Assembly (NCBI GenBank): GCA_010093995.1
Contig: ML992501.1
Span: 1,642,566 to 1,667,371, forward strand
Direction of reading: 5' to 3'
DNA from: Elsinoe ampelina
Taxonomy: Eukaryota
DNA length: 24,806 bases
Of this stretch, positions 1 to 12,075 are shown one piece after another. A model generated the notes under the pieces. The model searched no databases. It was not told the DNA's origin and saw only the letters and a list, made by a program, of their open reading frames with translations. The stretch's first letter is position 1. Each line of letters opens with the position of its first letter. The position numbers were made by a program, and so were the translations under genes.

Positions 1-170
1 ATTCTTTGAGTAATTGCCGAGCAGGTGTGAAGTGTCTCGATTTGAAGATTGTGGGATGCGTTGGAAATCAGGTGAATGATGAGTGAAGGTAACACTATGT
101 ATGCATCGTAAAGTCATCGGCGTGATCGGCCCGTCCTCCGACCATCTTAGGTCACGTGCTTCTTTCGCAT

Positions 171-429
171 TGTCAACCTCGGCAAGAGCTGTGGTGCCAA
201 GAAGGACCCTGATTCAGTTCACCCAAGGTTGAACTGAGCACTCTTTAACAACTTTACCAGTTCATGATCAATTTGGATGGTTATTGTCTTAATCTGTTAC
301 TATTCAGGAGTTCTCTGATTTAGCTATGTCTCAGTTCATCAGGTTGAGTATATATGTAGTTACAATCCACCTAATTTAGGTGGATCAGGCAGTAATAAAT
401 CTCTTTCTCTCCCCACACACAAGTCAACA
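171..429 (+). repeat. 5' LTR (259 bp)
   Basis: TGTCAACC...AAGTCAACA; matches 5276-5534 except for 6 transitions; contains a TATATA box-like sequence and AATAAA (394-399). Confidence 0.97.
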
Positions 430-440
430 GTTATAAGCCC
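430..440 (+). promoter_or_regulatory. Primer-binding site, half-tRNAiMet type (RIP-altered)
   Basis: GTTATAAGCCC directly after the LTR; one TG>TA change from GTTATGAGCCC, the complement of the initiator tRNA-Met anticodon arm used by Ty5/copia-type elements. Confidence 0.75.
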
Positions 441-597
441 GGTATAACTACCCCTGTACAAGCATATCATTTAGTGGCTTCTCTACTCGATTCATTGGTT
501 TATTCTCTATCATCTCGCTTTTCAAGCACTAGAATCTGTTAAGTACTGCCTTATCTACTACTATAGGATTCAGGTGTTAACAAAGAGATAAACAACT

Positions 598-3500
598 ATA
601 GATACTAACACACTAACAGCTAGAACACCTATTATTCTTGCTACATTAGCTGAATGGGCTAGCTAGCTATATATTATCAAGACTAGAGCTTTAAACACCA
701 AGATCTAGCACATTGTTAATCCCTAGGAGACAGTTAAGCTAGAAGGGCTCCCTAAGCCTTAGAGGCTAGATGTATCAGATTCTAACTTCTTAGCACTCTT
801 CTAGATCTATAAGGAGGAGCAAGCTTAGCATAACAAATAGCACAAGGCCTTAGTAGATCTAGCTAGCCTTATTTAGTTATTAATTGCACTATAAGTTCTT
901 ATAGTTATCTAACTAGAGGGAGATCCCTATCTATAGGCTATCCTTAGAGCATTAAAGAACAGATTTACACTATCTAATGCTATAATCCAGCTTAAGGTTA
1001 AAGCTCTCTAGAGGAGACAACTCTCTAGTCTATTATTACAGAACATGGACTATTAGCTTTAGCAATAGGAAGAGGTTATAGACAAGGCTAGGAATTACAA
1101 CCTACTAGAAGCTTAAGGCTTAAGGCTATAGAGAGACTTCTTGCTCTCTATCTTAAGGACTGAACTAGCATTTGCTAACAAATATCTTATTAATCTAGAT
1201 TTACTAACCCTGCTAACTATGCTTAAGTTAATTACTAAGTTTAGACAGTTTCACAAACTTTATAAGCTATATAGTAGCATAAAGGCTAGCAAGGGAGCAA
1301 TAGCATTCCCTATAGCTACTAAGGACTCCTTATAAGAGAAGCCTAGTCCTACTAGGGAGCCTAGATATATATACTAGAAGCAGCATAAGTAGAGTAAGTG
1401 CTATTACTTAAATAAGTATCTAAGGCTAGAAGGATAGTTACTAAACTAATAGACCCTTAAGGAGGTTAAGTAAAGGCTTAATAATAAGGCCTTAAGAGAG
1501 AAGGTTAAAGCTATCCTTACTAAGGAAGCTTACCTTTATAAGGGGTTATCCCTATTAGTGCTAATTAACACAGCTATAACTATTAGATCACACTTAGTAT
1601 TTATCTTAGCTACTAGTAACATCTTAAGTTTATAGATTCTAGATTCTAGAGCAACTAATTACATCTGTAATTACACTATAAAGGACAGATATAAGGTCAC
1701 TAGACTTATAGAACCTTATAAGCAAATGTTCTATAGTAACACCTTACTTACTATTAAGAGTTAGGGATCGATCACTATTATAGCGATCTATAGGGGAAAG
1801 CTAGTGACTATCTAACTTACATAGGTAGCTTATGTGCTATTAATAATAACTAATCTAGTTAGCCTTAGGAGATTCCTAAAGGGTAGAGTCTACTAGAACA
1901 CTTAAACTATAGAGATTAATTACAAAGGGAGAGTACTCTTCTTAGTGACTCTAAAACACAATTAATATATAGTAGAGAATAACTCTAAAGCTCCTTATGC
2001 TATTACTATAGCTATAGGAGGCACTAGAGATCCTTATCTATTAGCATTTACCTTAGTCATAACAAGGACTAATTAATCCTAGTATAAAGTTATAGGCTAT
2101 CTAAGCATAGAGTCTATTAATTACCTCCTAACTGCTATAGTTAGTAGTAAACGGACTTTAACTAAGCCTAACTTAGTTTAGCTAATTTATCTTAGGTTAC
2201 TATGTTAGACTTGTAAGCTATTAAATACTTAGAAGCTTATCTTAAGGAGCTCTAACACTGAGATTGTTATAACTAAGCCCTTTAAAAGGATTACCTTTAA
2301 CATTATTGTTAATAGGTTTACTAGCTATAATAAGGTAAGGTATATAAGCTATTTTGCCTATAGGGCTACTAACTATTACCTTGTAAGCAGTCATGCTTAT
2401 AGATATAAGATTAATAAAATCTATATTAAGATAATTACTTACATTAAAAGTAATCTTAGCTTTAAGGTTAGATTCGTTAGGAGTAACAATAAAGGGGCCT
2501 TTAGCCTTAGATTTACTATCTTCCTAGATAGTAAAGGTATCTAAAGAGAGCTATCTACTCTATACACTCTAGCATAGAATAGTTATAGTAAAAGGATAGG
2601 GTCTATACTATTAAGGAGAGCAAGGGTAGTAGCTATCTTTGCTAATCTTCTAAGGGAACTACACCCTAAACTATATAGATTAGTAGCCTATCTAATAAAT
2701 AGGACTCCACTTAAGAAGCTTAACTAGAAGACTCCCTTTAAGCTAGTTTATAGATGTCCTCTATTAATCTCCTATCTTAGGCCAATTGGTTGCAAGGTCT
2801 ATACACTAGATTATTATGTCATAAGTAGTAATAAGCTTATACTAAGAGCACATATTAGCTATCTAGTTAGATATAACTTAACTAATATATTTAGGATCTT
2901 TATACTAGCTTTAAAGAAGGTCATTAGAACAAGGGATGTTAGATTTAATAAGACTTAGTTCTACAAGCTAGAGGAGCAGCCTTAGCCTTAGCCTATTAGA
3001 CTACTTAATCTACTAAGACTGCTATAGGAAGTTAAGGAGAATATACCTCAAACTAAAGGGGTAACTAAAGGCCCATCTACACTGTAGAATCTAGTTTAGT
3101 ATCTAGTTTAGTATCTAGTTTAGTATCCAGTTTAGAATCTAGTTTAGAATCTAGCTTAGAATCTAGTTTAGTAGATTCTAACTAAGGAACTAAATAATTA
3201 TAGTTTATTATCATAGTTATAGGCTTAATAGGCTCTATTACCTCCACTAGATAATTATAGTCTACTATTACAGTTACAGACCCTAGATCTAAGCCCGGCT
3301 TAGATCTAGGAGGCTATATCACTAGAGTAGTTCTATAATGCTCTAGCCTCTCTACCCTTGACAGCTATATAGCCTTTACCTCTATCTAAAGCTGAAACTA
3401 TAAGGAGTAAGGTAGAAGCCCTAGCTAAAGGGGTAACGGAGGAGCCTAAATAGCCTAGAAGAAAGATTGCTATAAGGTTAGCTAACCTATTACCTAAGCA

Positions 3501-5268
3501 TATCCTTACTATAAGAAGGACTAGGAAACTAAGAAGGCAGGCCTATATTGCTAGTCTTGTATAGCCTTAGGAGGCTCCTAGATATTATTAAGCTTTTAAT
3601 GCTTATCTATTAATAAAGCTAATCTAGCTAAAGCTAGAACTAAGGGATAATCTCCCTCTACTACTAGCTAACATTAGGGAGCTATAAGCCTATCCTTATA
3701 GAGAGCAATTCTAACAAGCAATAAAGGAAGAATTGCTTACTCTCTATTTAAAAGACACTTAGGCCATTATGCTTGCATCTTAAGCTATAGGGAAGCTAGT
3801 GCCACTAATATGGGTTTTCACTTATAAAGTTAATAAAAAAGAAAAGGTTATTAAGTACAAGGCAAGGCTTTATATAAGGGGTAATCTTTAATCTATAGAG
3901 TTAGAGACTTATATAGCTACTCTAGCTGCTAAGATCTTTAGAATGCTTATGGCCCTCCTTACTTACAAGGATATAGAGGCTATCTAGATAGATGTTGTTA
4001 ATGCTTATATTAATAGTCCTATTAATAAGATAACCTACTATACTATTCTACCTAGATTTAAGCTTATACTAGAGGTGCTTATAAAGGACTATCCTAGTAT
4101 AGTATTATCTAATGCAATTCTCCTGCTAAAGAAGGCACTCTATAGCCTTAAACAAGCACTAGCTCTCTAGTATATAGAATTCACTACTATACTAAAGAAT
4201 CTTAGATTCACTTAGGCCCCTAAGGCTCTATGCCTCTAGCTAACCCCTAAGGTAATAATCTTCTTCTTTATAGATAATATTACTATTATATACCTTAAGA
4301 AGCACAAAGGCAAGGCTAATGCTATTATTATAGCCCTATATGCTAAGTATAAGATAAAGATGCTTAGAGATCTAAGCTAGTTCCTAGCCATCTAGATTAT
4401 AAGGGATAGGCCAACTAAGAAGCTATAGCTTAGTCAAGCTTAGTATATCCAGCAGATATATAGTAAGTTCATTACAGAACTAATAAGGCTAGTCTTAATA
4501 CCTCTGCTAGTTAAAATGCTCTAGCCCTCTAAAGGCTAAGTATCACTATAGGAGATCTACCTATACTAGTAGAAGGTAGAATCTATCAACTTTGCAGCAG
4601 TTATTACTAGGCCTAATGTTGCCTTTGCTACTTCTAGATTGTTAGAGCATCTAATAAATCCTTTACTAACTTATTAAAGAATAGTAAATAGAGTTATCTA
4701 ATATCTCTTTAAAACTAAGGATCTAGCCCTTGCCTTTAATAGTTCTATACCACCACCAATCTTCTAGGCCTTATCTAATGCTAGCTTTAGCAGTCACTCT
4801 TTAAGGAAGAGTCTTTAAGGCTACCTATTTAAGATGTTTAGTAGATCTATTAACTAGAAGGCTATAAAGCAGCTAATAGTTACAACCTTAAGCACTGAAG
4901 CTGAGCTACTTGCTCTTGCAGAAACCACTAAGCAAGCTATGTGGTAGAGGAGGCTAATAGCCTCTATCTATCCCCTAAAGTATGTTAGTATTTAGTATAA
5001 TAACTAGCAAACTATTAGACTTGTTACTAGTCCAATTAAGAAGCTTAACACACGTCTTCGCTATGTTAATATCTATTATCACTGGCTAAGACAAGAGATC
5101 AATTTATCTAGCCCTATCTTAGTGACATAGACTCCCTTAGCAGACACCTTAGCTAATGGGCTGACAAAGTCACTGTCTCCTAGCAGGTATAAGGCCTTCT
5201 TACAGCAGCTATCCCTCGAGCTTATAGTCCACTAACTAGCAACTGACAGATTCAGAGCTATTCAGTGA
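598..5268 (+). pseudogene. gag-pol polyprotein relic (gag, protease, integrase, RT, RNase H) in a single frame with many RIP-generated stops
   Basis: All motifs read in one frame: *ILDSRA (WILDSGA, 1633), FVRSNN (RSDN, about 2473), FFFIDNI (YVDD-type, 4261), SNASF (SDASF, 4774), STEAELL (4891), KLNTRLRYVNIYYHWLRQE (5041), ANGLTKSL (about 5152), ending at TGA 5266-5268. Start inferred from ATA (ex-ATG) at 598. Confidence 0.9.
3085..3171 (+). repeat. Tandem repeat, 7 x 12 bp (TAG[A/T]ATCTAGTT), in the integrase-RT linker
   Basis: Units read directly; one unit keeps CCA, suggesting an ancestral Q-(N/H/Y)-P-V peptide repeat in the pol frame. Confidence 0.9.
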
Positions 5269-5275
5269 AGGGGTG
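5267..5275 (+). promoter_or_regulatory. Polypurine tract of left retrotransposon
   Basis: GAAGGGGTG immediately before the 3' LTR start TGTCA. Confidence 0.75.
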
Positions 5276-5534
5276 TGTCAACCTCGGCAAGAGCTGTGGT
5301 GCCAAGAAGGACCCTGATTTAGTTCACCCAAGGTTGAACTGAGCACTCTTTAACAACTTCACCAGTTCATGATCAATTTGGATGGTTATTGTCTCAATCT
5401 GTTACTATTCAGGAGTTCTCTGATTCAGCTATGTCTCAGTTCATCAGGTTGAGTATATATGTAGTTACAATCCACCTAATTTGGGTGGATCAGGCAGTAA
5501 TAAATCTCTTTCCCTCCCCACACACAAGTCAACA
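5276..5534 (+). repeat. 3' LTR (259 bp)
   Basis: Direct repeat of 171-429, followed by the TSD CGCAT. Confidence 0.97.
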
Positions 5535-5732
5535 CGCATTGGAACACTCGTAGGTGACCCTTTCAAGGCATTTGCATATACAATCAGAGTGAGGCATGTA
5601 AGAGATGCATCCATCATTTATACAGTGGATTCAGGCATCAATCACCTGACGAGACTGCCGACTACGAGAGACCCCATTTCCATGCTCCAGGTCCTTTCCA
5701 GCTAACCACCAAGGAACCAATATCAGGACACG

Positions 5733-6167
5733 TCACTCAGAGGGTTGATTATGTGAGTGAAGTATCTGCTGTGTTTGCTTCGAAGCCGTATTGGCTCGTA
5801 GCCTCCTCTTATGCGACCAACGTTTAGCGGTATTCTTGGTGAAGACCACAGCAGCTATAGTAAGCCGTTCTATATGCACCAATTTTGTCCCTGCCACGAA
5901 GCTCAGGTAATGATCGAGGATGACTTTCGAGGTATAGATGTCGCAGGGTACTGCAGTGTTTGGTAAGACCCCAGCTACGCGGCCAGTCTCGAAATTGTCC
6001 TGGCAGTGCCGAAGTATCGAAATGATGTTGGGTGCTCCTCTAGACCCGAACCATGCCACCGCAGCAAAAACTCCAGTAGCCAGGTCCGCCTTCGTGGTTG
6101 GGAAGCTGACAGGAGCGGTCAGAAGTATGAACACCACAAGGAGGCCGAGCAGAGGGAGGAGTTTCAT
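5733..6167 (-). CDS. Possible small secreted or membrane protein (144 aa), unverified
   Basis: ATG-initiated ORF with signal-peptide-like start MKLLPLLGLLVVFILLTA in otherwise unexplained space; no recognisable family. Confidence 0.3.
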   Translation of the reverse strand: MKLLPLLGLLVVFILLTAPVSFPTTKADLATGVFAAVAWFGSRGAPNIISILRHCQDNFETGRVAGVLPNTAVPCDIYTSKVILDHYLSFVAGTKLVHIERLTIAAVVFTKNTAKRWSHKRRLRANTASKQTQQILHSHNQPSE

Positions 6168-6661
6168 CGGAGTTGGTTCGTGACGGAAGATTTATGCCAT
6201 GCGTCGAATATGACAGCTGTTAAGAAACAAAATATCATAATTGGTGAGAGTTTGGAACTCAGGAGAAGATAACTTTGCTGGTTGTGGTTCAGGACTTCGT
6301 GCTTGGTCTTTCTTGGAATCTCCATATGCTTTGCTACCTGAAACTTACCACAGTGAGAGCTTACCGTATAAACTGGACACATTCATATCATGCTTTGATC
6401 CGCATAAACGTCATGTATTATGCGAGGTACCGATTTGCGTTTCGAGGATTACTGGCATGTTCTGATGGAAAGGACGATTACTGGTCGGGAATTGTGATCA
6501 CTTACCTTGCTTGCTGACTAAGCTTCTGTGGCGATTCAACAACCACATCCTTCCCGTCAATCTGGAGACTTATAAATGTGACAAAACGGCACTCTTTGTT
6601 GACGGAAGGGTGATCTGATCGATTCGAGATATCCTACATGGGTCCTCCATAGCCGCTAATC

Positions 6662-7704
6662 ATGGATGGGGACGGACCGGCCAAGGAAGTGGTGTTTCGA
6701 CCTTCGAAAAGGCGCAAGGTCCTTCGTCAACGATCTGTGGACGAGGAGGTCGGGGCTAGCGATGTCGTTACGGTGGACCAACAACCTGGATATGACGTCG
6801 GCGGACCATATATAGCTTCGCCTGCTAGAGCGATACCATCGATCTCAAGGCGATCAAGGGGCAATCAGAAGTTTGGGGTGACCTTCAGCACGGCGAACAA
6901 AGCTGAGGGAAGCGCGGATGTATCTTCTCAGCAGCTCGCCACGGCCAATGTTGTGCCTCAGACAGCTGCGATGAATGCTGGAAGATTTATGCCGGCAATC
7001 GGAGAAGTGACAGTCAAGGACGACAAACACATGTAAGTCGTCCCATGCTGCTGTCTGTTTCATTCCACCCACGATCGTCGTCACTTGTGTCACTCGCACT
7101 ATTCTAGGAAAAAACATTACTAATCGTCAGGACCGCATATATAGACTCCAAGCTGGCTGAGATGCATTCTACAAGATCGAGATCAGTTCCACCTGTGGAA
7201 TCCATGTCGAACAGAATTCCCAATGCAGCATCTCCAAACGGCAGTGTGCCCAATCAGCCAGAAGGTATCAAGTCACGCCATCATACAGTCGAGGAAGTCG
7301 AGATAATTCCGGGCGAACCAGAAACTGCATCAGTTCCCTCCAAAGACCGCAAGCGCAAAGAGCCAAGACCTCGCCTAGATCGCCACGGAAGACCCCTTCC
7401 GCCTCGTCGGCCTCGCAATTGGCGGTCCGAAGACGACAAGGCTCGGGACTCGCTTGTGGACAGACTCTTAGCTGAGAACCGGCTCGAAGGCATCTACGAC
7501 AGCTCATCCGCCAATGCGGCGCTGGGGGCGAAAGGCGTGGACACCGATGCGGACAGGAGAATGGCAGAGGAATTCGAGCGGGAGTTCCGAGCGAACGTGG
7601 AGGAGCGGAAGATCAAGCAGGCTTCTGCATCGGCGAAGACAGCAGAGTCTGCCAGTGGACCGAAATTAGGAGGGAGCAAGAATGCGCGGATGGTGAAGAA
7701 GTGA
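6662..7704 (+). CDS. Hypothetical fungal protein, basic and likely nuclear; exons 6662-7032, 7131-7704
   Basis: Intron GTAAGT(7033)...TACTAAT...CAG(7130) joins the two ORFs in frame (DDKHM-TAYIDSKLAEM); NLS-like FRPSKRRK and KDRKRKE; C-terminal GPKLGGS. Confidence 0.8.
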
Positions 7705-7822
7705 GTATCCCAGCTAGGGACTGGCATACGAAAGCTAGCATATCTATGCCCCCATGAGCTATGCCCCAATGTATATCATGAAATTACCAGAAACACCGTG
7801 AGACTACCATCGACCCCCGATC

Positions 7823-10800
7823 CTAATTCTCCACCTCAAACTTCATCTTCACCCCCATAGCTGCCAACTCCACATCCAAAAACCTTAACACCCCCGGCAC
7901 CGCCACAACCGTAACATCCCTTCCCCCGACCCACTTCTGTCCATGCCCATCCTGCCATGTCTCATTCCTCACCTCCCCTCCCTTGGCCTTCTTACTACAC
8001 CTCCTACACCTCACCATATCCGGTCCTTGCACCCCCCTACCCCTGCGCTGATACTCGCTCACCACCGGCTGACTCGCCAAAAATCCACCACAGCTCCTGC
8101 ACAGCCAGGCTTTGGTGTAGTCGCTGCAGTTCAGCAGACGATCCTGCAGGAGGAACGCCGCTCCGTGGGCCATGAGTGCATCACGCTCCATTTCGCCAAC
8201 ACGTATACCGCCTCCCTTGGCACGACCCTTGATGGGTTGGCCCGTGAGTTGCGTCACGGGACCGGTGGTGCGGACTTGGAATTTGTCGTTGACCATGTGG
8301 CGGAGACGTTGGTAGTAGACCACGCCGACGTAGATGTCGGCGCCGAGCTCTTGGCCTGTGATGCCGCTGTACATGGGCTCGTTGCCGTGGTAGTTGAAGC
8401 CCGCGCGTTTGAGTTGGTGGCCGAAAAAGTCAGCGGCGGTTTTGCCTGGCTCGTCTTTGAAGCGGAATGGGGTCGAGTCCTGGGCGAAACCGTGGAGGCA
8501 GCCTGCTTTGCCTGCGAGAGATTCGATGAACATGCCAATGGTCATGCGAGACGGGAAGGCGTGCGGGTTGATGATGACGTCGGGTTGGATGCCGGATTCG
8601 GAGAAGGGCATGTCGATGCTTGGCCATTTTTGCGAGCAGACACCCTTTTGACCGTGGCGGGAGGAGAATTTGTCGCCGATGACCGGGGAGCGAGGGATGC
8701 GAAGACGGACGCTGAGGGTTTGGCAGGGAACGGATTCCCCTGTTTCATTGCCGATGAGCTTGATCTCGTCGATGAAGGCTTCTTCGGGATCTTTGTAGCG
8801 GTGAAAGTGAGTGATACCATCACGATTGATGTATTCACCGGTGATTGGGTCTTTGGCCACCGTGTGTGAAGCAGCGATGATATCGCCTTCCTTGACCTTG
8901 GACCCAATCATGATCAATCCGTCATCATCAAGTCTTTCTCTTGTGTTGGCTTTGACCAGTCCGCCAGGCGCAAAACCAAATAGACGGCCCACTTTTGTAC
9001 TTGACCTGCTTTTTCTGCCACCAGTATCTTCGGTCAAGTCGAGCTTCTTGGTCTTGTAGACTGTACCATGACCGAAACCTCGTTCGTGTGCAGATTTGTT
9101 GATGATCATGGCGTCGTCCATGTCGTATCCTGTGTATGAGATGACAGCGACAACAGCGTTCGTGCCATTCGGGAAATTATCGAGTCCATACTCGTTGTAG
9201 AGTGGTGGTCGCACCACGGGTGTTTGTCCAGTCTGTAGCCGGTACGTCTTGTTGTCGGTCCTGTACTTGAGAGCCGTGCCTGGCGTTCCCATCGTCTGCT
9301 TCCCCATTTGACACTGGCAGTGGATTAGCGAGACATGTAGAATTGTATTAGGGAGAAATTTACCTGATAGGCATTTCGTGGCGACTGGTTGAAATCCGAG
9401 AATGGGGTTTGATTGGCGACAATGGAAAGGATATTGGTGGGATCGTACTCTACATGAGTCGAATCGTTTGAAGTAAGTTCGGCATCTGTGCAAGCAATGG
9501 TGAGATAGGGCTGCTCGAAAGGTCCTACCATATCTTGCTTATCAAGAGGCACATATCTAACAGGACGATACATTCTTGCAGGTCCAGAAAACATGTATAT
9601 GCCGGGGTATTGCCCACCATGCGAATTGGGGATATAACCAATCTCCAGATCGAGAGGCACGCCATGAGATCCTTCCACTTTCCAGTAACGGAGTGTGTCT
9701 GCGATTGTTCGAGCTTGCTTGGGTGAGCAAAATCCCAGGATCTTCCCGTCGAGCTGTACCACAACGCTGCTCTGTAACTTCGCGAGCGACAGATCTTGTA
9801 CGCCTAGGTCGGTGATCAATTTGGGAATCCGAGACACGTTCGTGTTGGTCGTTGCAATGTGACACCTGTGTGCGAGATGGTTGAGGAGTCCACAAGGAGA
9901 ACCGTCAGGGGTGTGCACCGGACACAGATATCCCCAGCTCTCTGGCAGAAGCTTTCGAACGGTAGTGGTTTTCAGTTGCGCGAAGAAGCTACCTCTGTGT
10001 ACCATACGGAAGTGACTAATGAAGCGATAGAAGTTGATTTTCTCTGCAACCACGGTGAATCCCGATACTTGCTGCAGATCCAGACCCGTGGGACTGACAA
10101 GGTTGCCGGTCGAGAGAAAGTATTCGAGCGCCTGTGCCAGATTTTCATTGGTCTTTCGTAAGATCTGCGAATTGAAGTCCTTTTCGAATTGTTCCGAAGT
10201 GATTGGCATCCAACTGTTCTTCCTACCCCATTCTCGAAGAGCCAGACCGAATGACAACAACCACTCATCAATTCTTTCTTTGATGATCATGCCATACAGA
10301 TGACCCGGTAGTAGAATCTCTTGATTTTGAACAGCATCCGGATTGTCCACCGCACACTCCCCTTCCACCAAGGAGTATAGCTTCCTGGTCATGAATAGCA
10401 ACATCCGGAACTTGTCGATGTCACTGCTCTCGGTTGAGTCCAGTGCTCCGAGATGTGGTAAGACAATTTTCCTGATGAAAGCGACGCCGGCTTCCTCGTC
10501 TGACAGATCATCGGATACGCCGAGTACCAGCCGGAACTTGCTCCCAAGATACGCTCTCGTCTTCGCCTTGCCATGGATGTCGTACGCTCGGTATGTTCGT
10601 AATAGAAGCTCCACCCTGTCAGTGACGAACTGCTTCTCCGCAATTCCCTCACTCCCTGCTGGACCAACAATGCCCTCATAAATCTCCCTGTCGTTCGTTT
10701 CTGCCAGTGCCTTTATGATCATCAAGACTGGGACTAAGAACTCGTTCTTCCGCCATGAAAATCGGAACGTGACATTACCATCGCTGAGATAGTGTAGCAC

Positions 10801-11526
10801 ATCCGTCTGTGATGTCTGGTCTGCTCTGACACTCCTAATCTGGATACCGAACTTGGTGTAGGTTGCTCCACGATTGACGAATGAAGGACGAATAATGGCC
10901 ATAGGATAGTTCCTCCGATTAACGATCAACATTCGTATCAGCTTCTCGATACCATTGACGATAAAGTATCCTCCAAGCTCTTCTGTTTCTTCCCTTTTGT
11001 TGACAAGCTGGTCTGGCGAGAGTCCTTCAAGGTGACATCTGTTCGACCTCAGCATGATTGGAAGCTGTCCAAACTCTCTGAGCGACTCTTTCCAAGGTCC
11101 TCCATTGATGCGGTATAAGAATCTGCCAGTCAATCTTCCTCTGTACGTGACATGGCGCTCTCTACATTCAACAGGTAGGATCTCCCGCACACCTGGTTGC
11201 TTGTTGCTTGCCGGCACAACACTTCGCGCCAGGAAAACCTGGTCCACCTTGACCTCGAGTTTGTTCTTGAGCGGGGCATCTTCATCTCCCTGCGAAGATT
11301 GCTGAGGATTGCCATCGAAGAAAGTTTTCGTCCCGATATCTTTCAGGGCCTGTTCGATCTGCCCGCCCTCTGCGAAAATGCCATTGAATGAGTCAACATG
11401 TGGTTTGATAGCTTGAGCTAGCGAGGGATATGCGGTCTTGTCTTTCGGTGGCTCTTGGAAGAGCTTCTGCCGTTTGACAGTCCCAAACTCGGTCGTCCAT
11501 GTTGAAGAGTCTGCTGATGGTGCCAT
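7823..11526 (-). CDS. RPA2: DNA-directed RNA polymerase I second-largest subunit; exons 11526-9364, 9313-7823
   Basis: Motifs GGYFIVNGIEK, LCPVHTPDGSPCGLLNHL, NQSPRNAYQ|CQMGKQTMG, GYDMDDAM, GDKFSSRHGQKG, YQRLRHMVNDKFQVR, GEMERD and a C-terminal Zn site. 50-bp intron 9363-9314 (GTAAAT...GCTAAT...CAG). First in-frame ATG is 11526 (MAPSADSSTW). Confidence 0.97.
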
Positions 11527-12075
11527 GCTGGCGTGCTTGGGTTTTGTTGTCGATTTACCTGACAAGCATGGCTATATTACCAGGTCCAGAGCCAGGATGC
11601 TAATGGTCGGTAGTCCTGGGCAGTGGTAGTTCGGTATGTCGTACTTCACATTGAAAGATTTCTGGTCGTCCAAGCTCAAAAAATGCATTGCAGCATGGTT
11701 TTAAGGTTATCGATAAGAAATGCGGGAGACAACTCTAAAAAGCGCCGATCGATGCCGAAGTGAAACAATTGTGGCTTCTCCACCCGCATTTCGGGCTGCT
11801 CTGCATTCCCATTCGTGATCCATCCTATTTCTGCCCTTTGACACTTGCGCCGCATCTTGACTCGACGATCCACAGCTCAAACCGACTGTCCGCCTGCTCA
11901 GGAAATTGCGACTCCATGATCGCCATCAACTTGAGAAAATAGTACATTCAAAGGCGCTGCCTGTGACTTGTGTGAGAGCCGCGACAGTAGACTTTCTGGT
12001 CGAGCAGGTTGATCCGTTTGCCTTCGACGAGTGAAATAGGCGGCTTACAGGTGGATCTGGATACAGCAGAGCAAT

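Larger units (their letters stand above)
171..5534 (+). mobile_element. Full-length Ty1/copia LTR retrotransposon, inactivated by RIP
   Basis: 259-bp direct LTRs (171-429, 5276-5534) with TG...CA ends; identical 5-bp flanks CGCAT (166-170, 5535-5539); PBS-like sequence after the 5' LTR; purine tract before the 3' LTR; degenerate gag-PR-IN-RT-RH in copia order; interior strongly TpA-rich and CpA/TpG-poor. Confidence 0.97.

Noticed and set aside
1141..1335. 64-aa ORF
   Set aside because: A stop-free stretch of the RIPped gag frame with a TTG start; not an independent gene.
3085..3171. Repeat array as CRISPR-like or telomeric
   Set aside because: Head-to-tail 12-mers without spacers inside a retrotransposon coding frame.
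5481..5705. 74-aa ORF spanning the LTR end
   Set aside because: TTG start inside the LTR, crossing the insertion junction; chance ORF.
7943..8869. 308-aa antisense ORF within RPA2
   Set aside because: Mirror-frame shadow of a GC3-rich conserved coding sequence; no independent motifs.
9314..9493. Apparent split or frameshift of RPA2 into 746-aa and 556-aa ORFs
   Set aside because: Explained by a canonical 50-bp intron restoring PRNAYQ-CQMGKQ.
11527..11565. N-terminal extension MSGKSTTKPKHAS of RPA2 in the ORF track
   Set aside because: Begins at TTG; the ATG at 11526 gives the expected fungal N-terminus.
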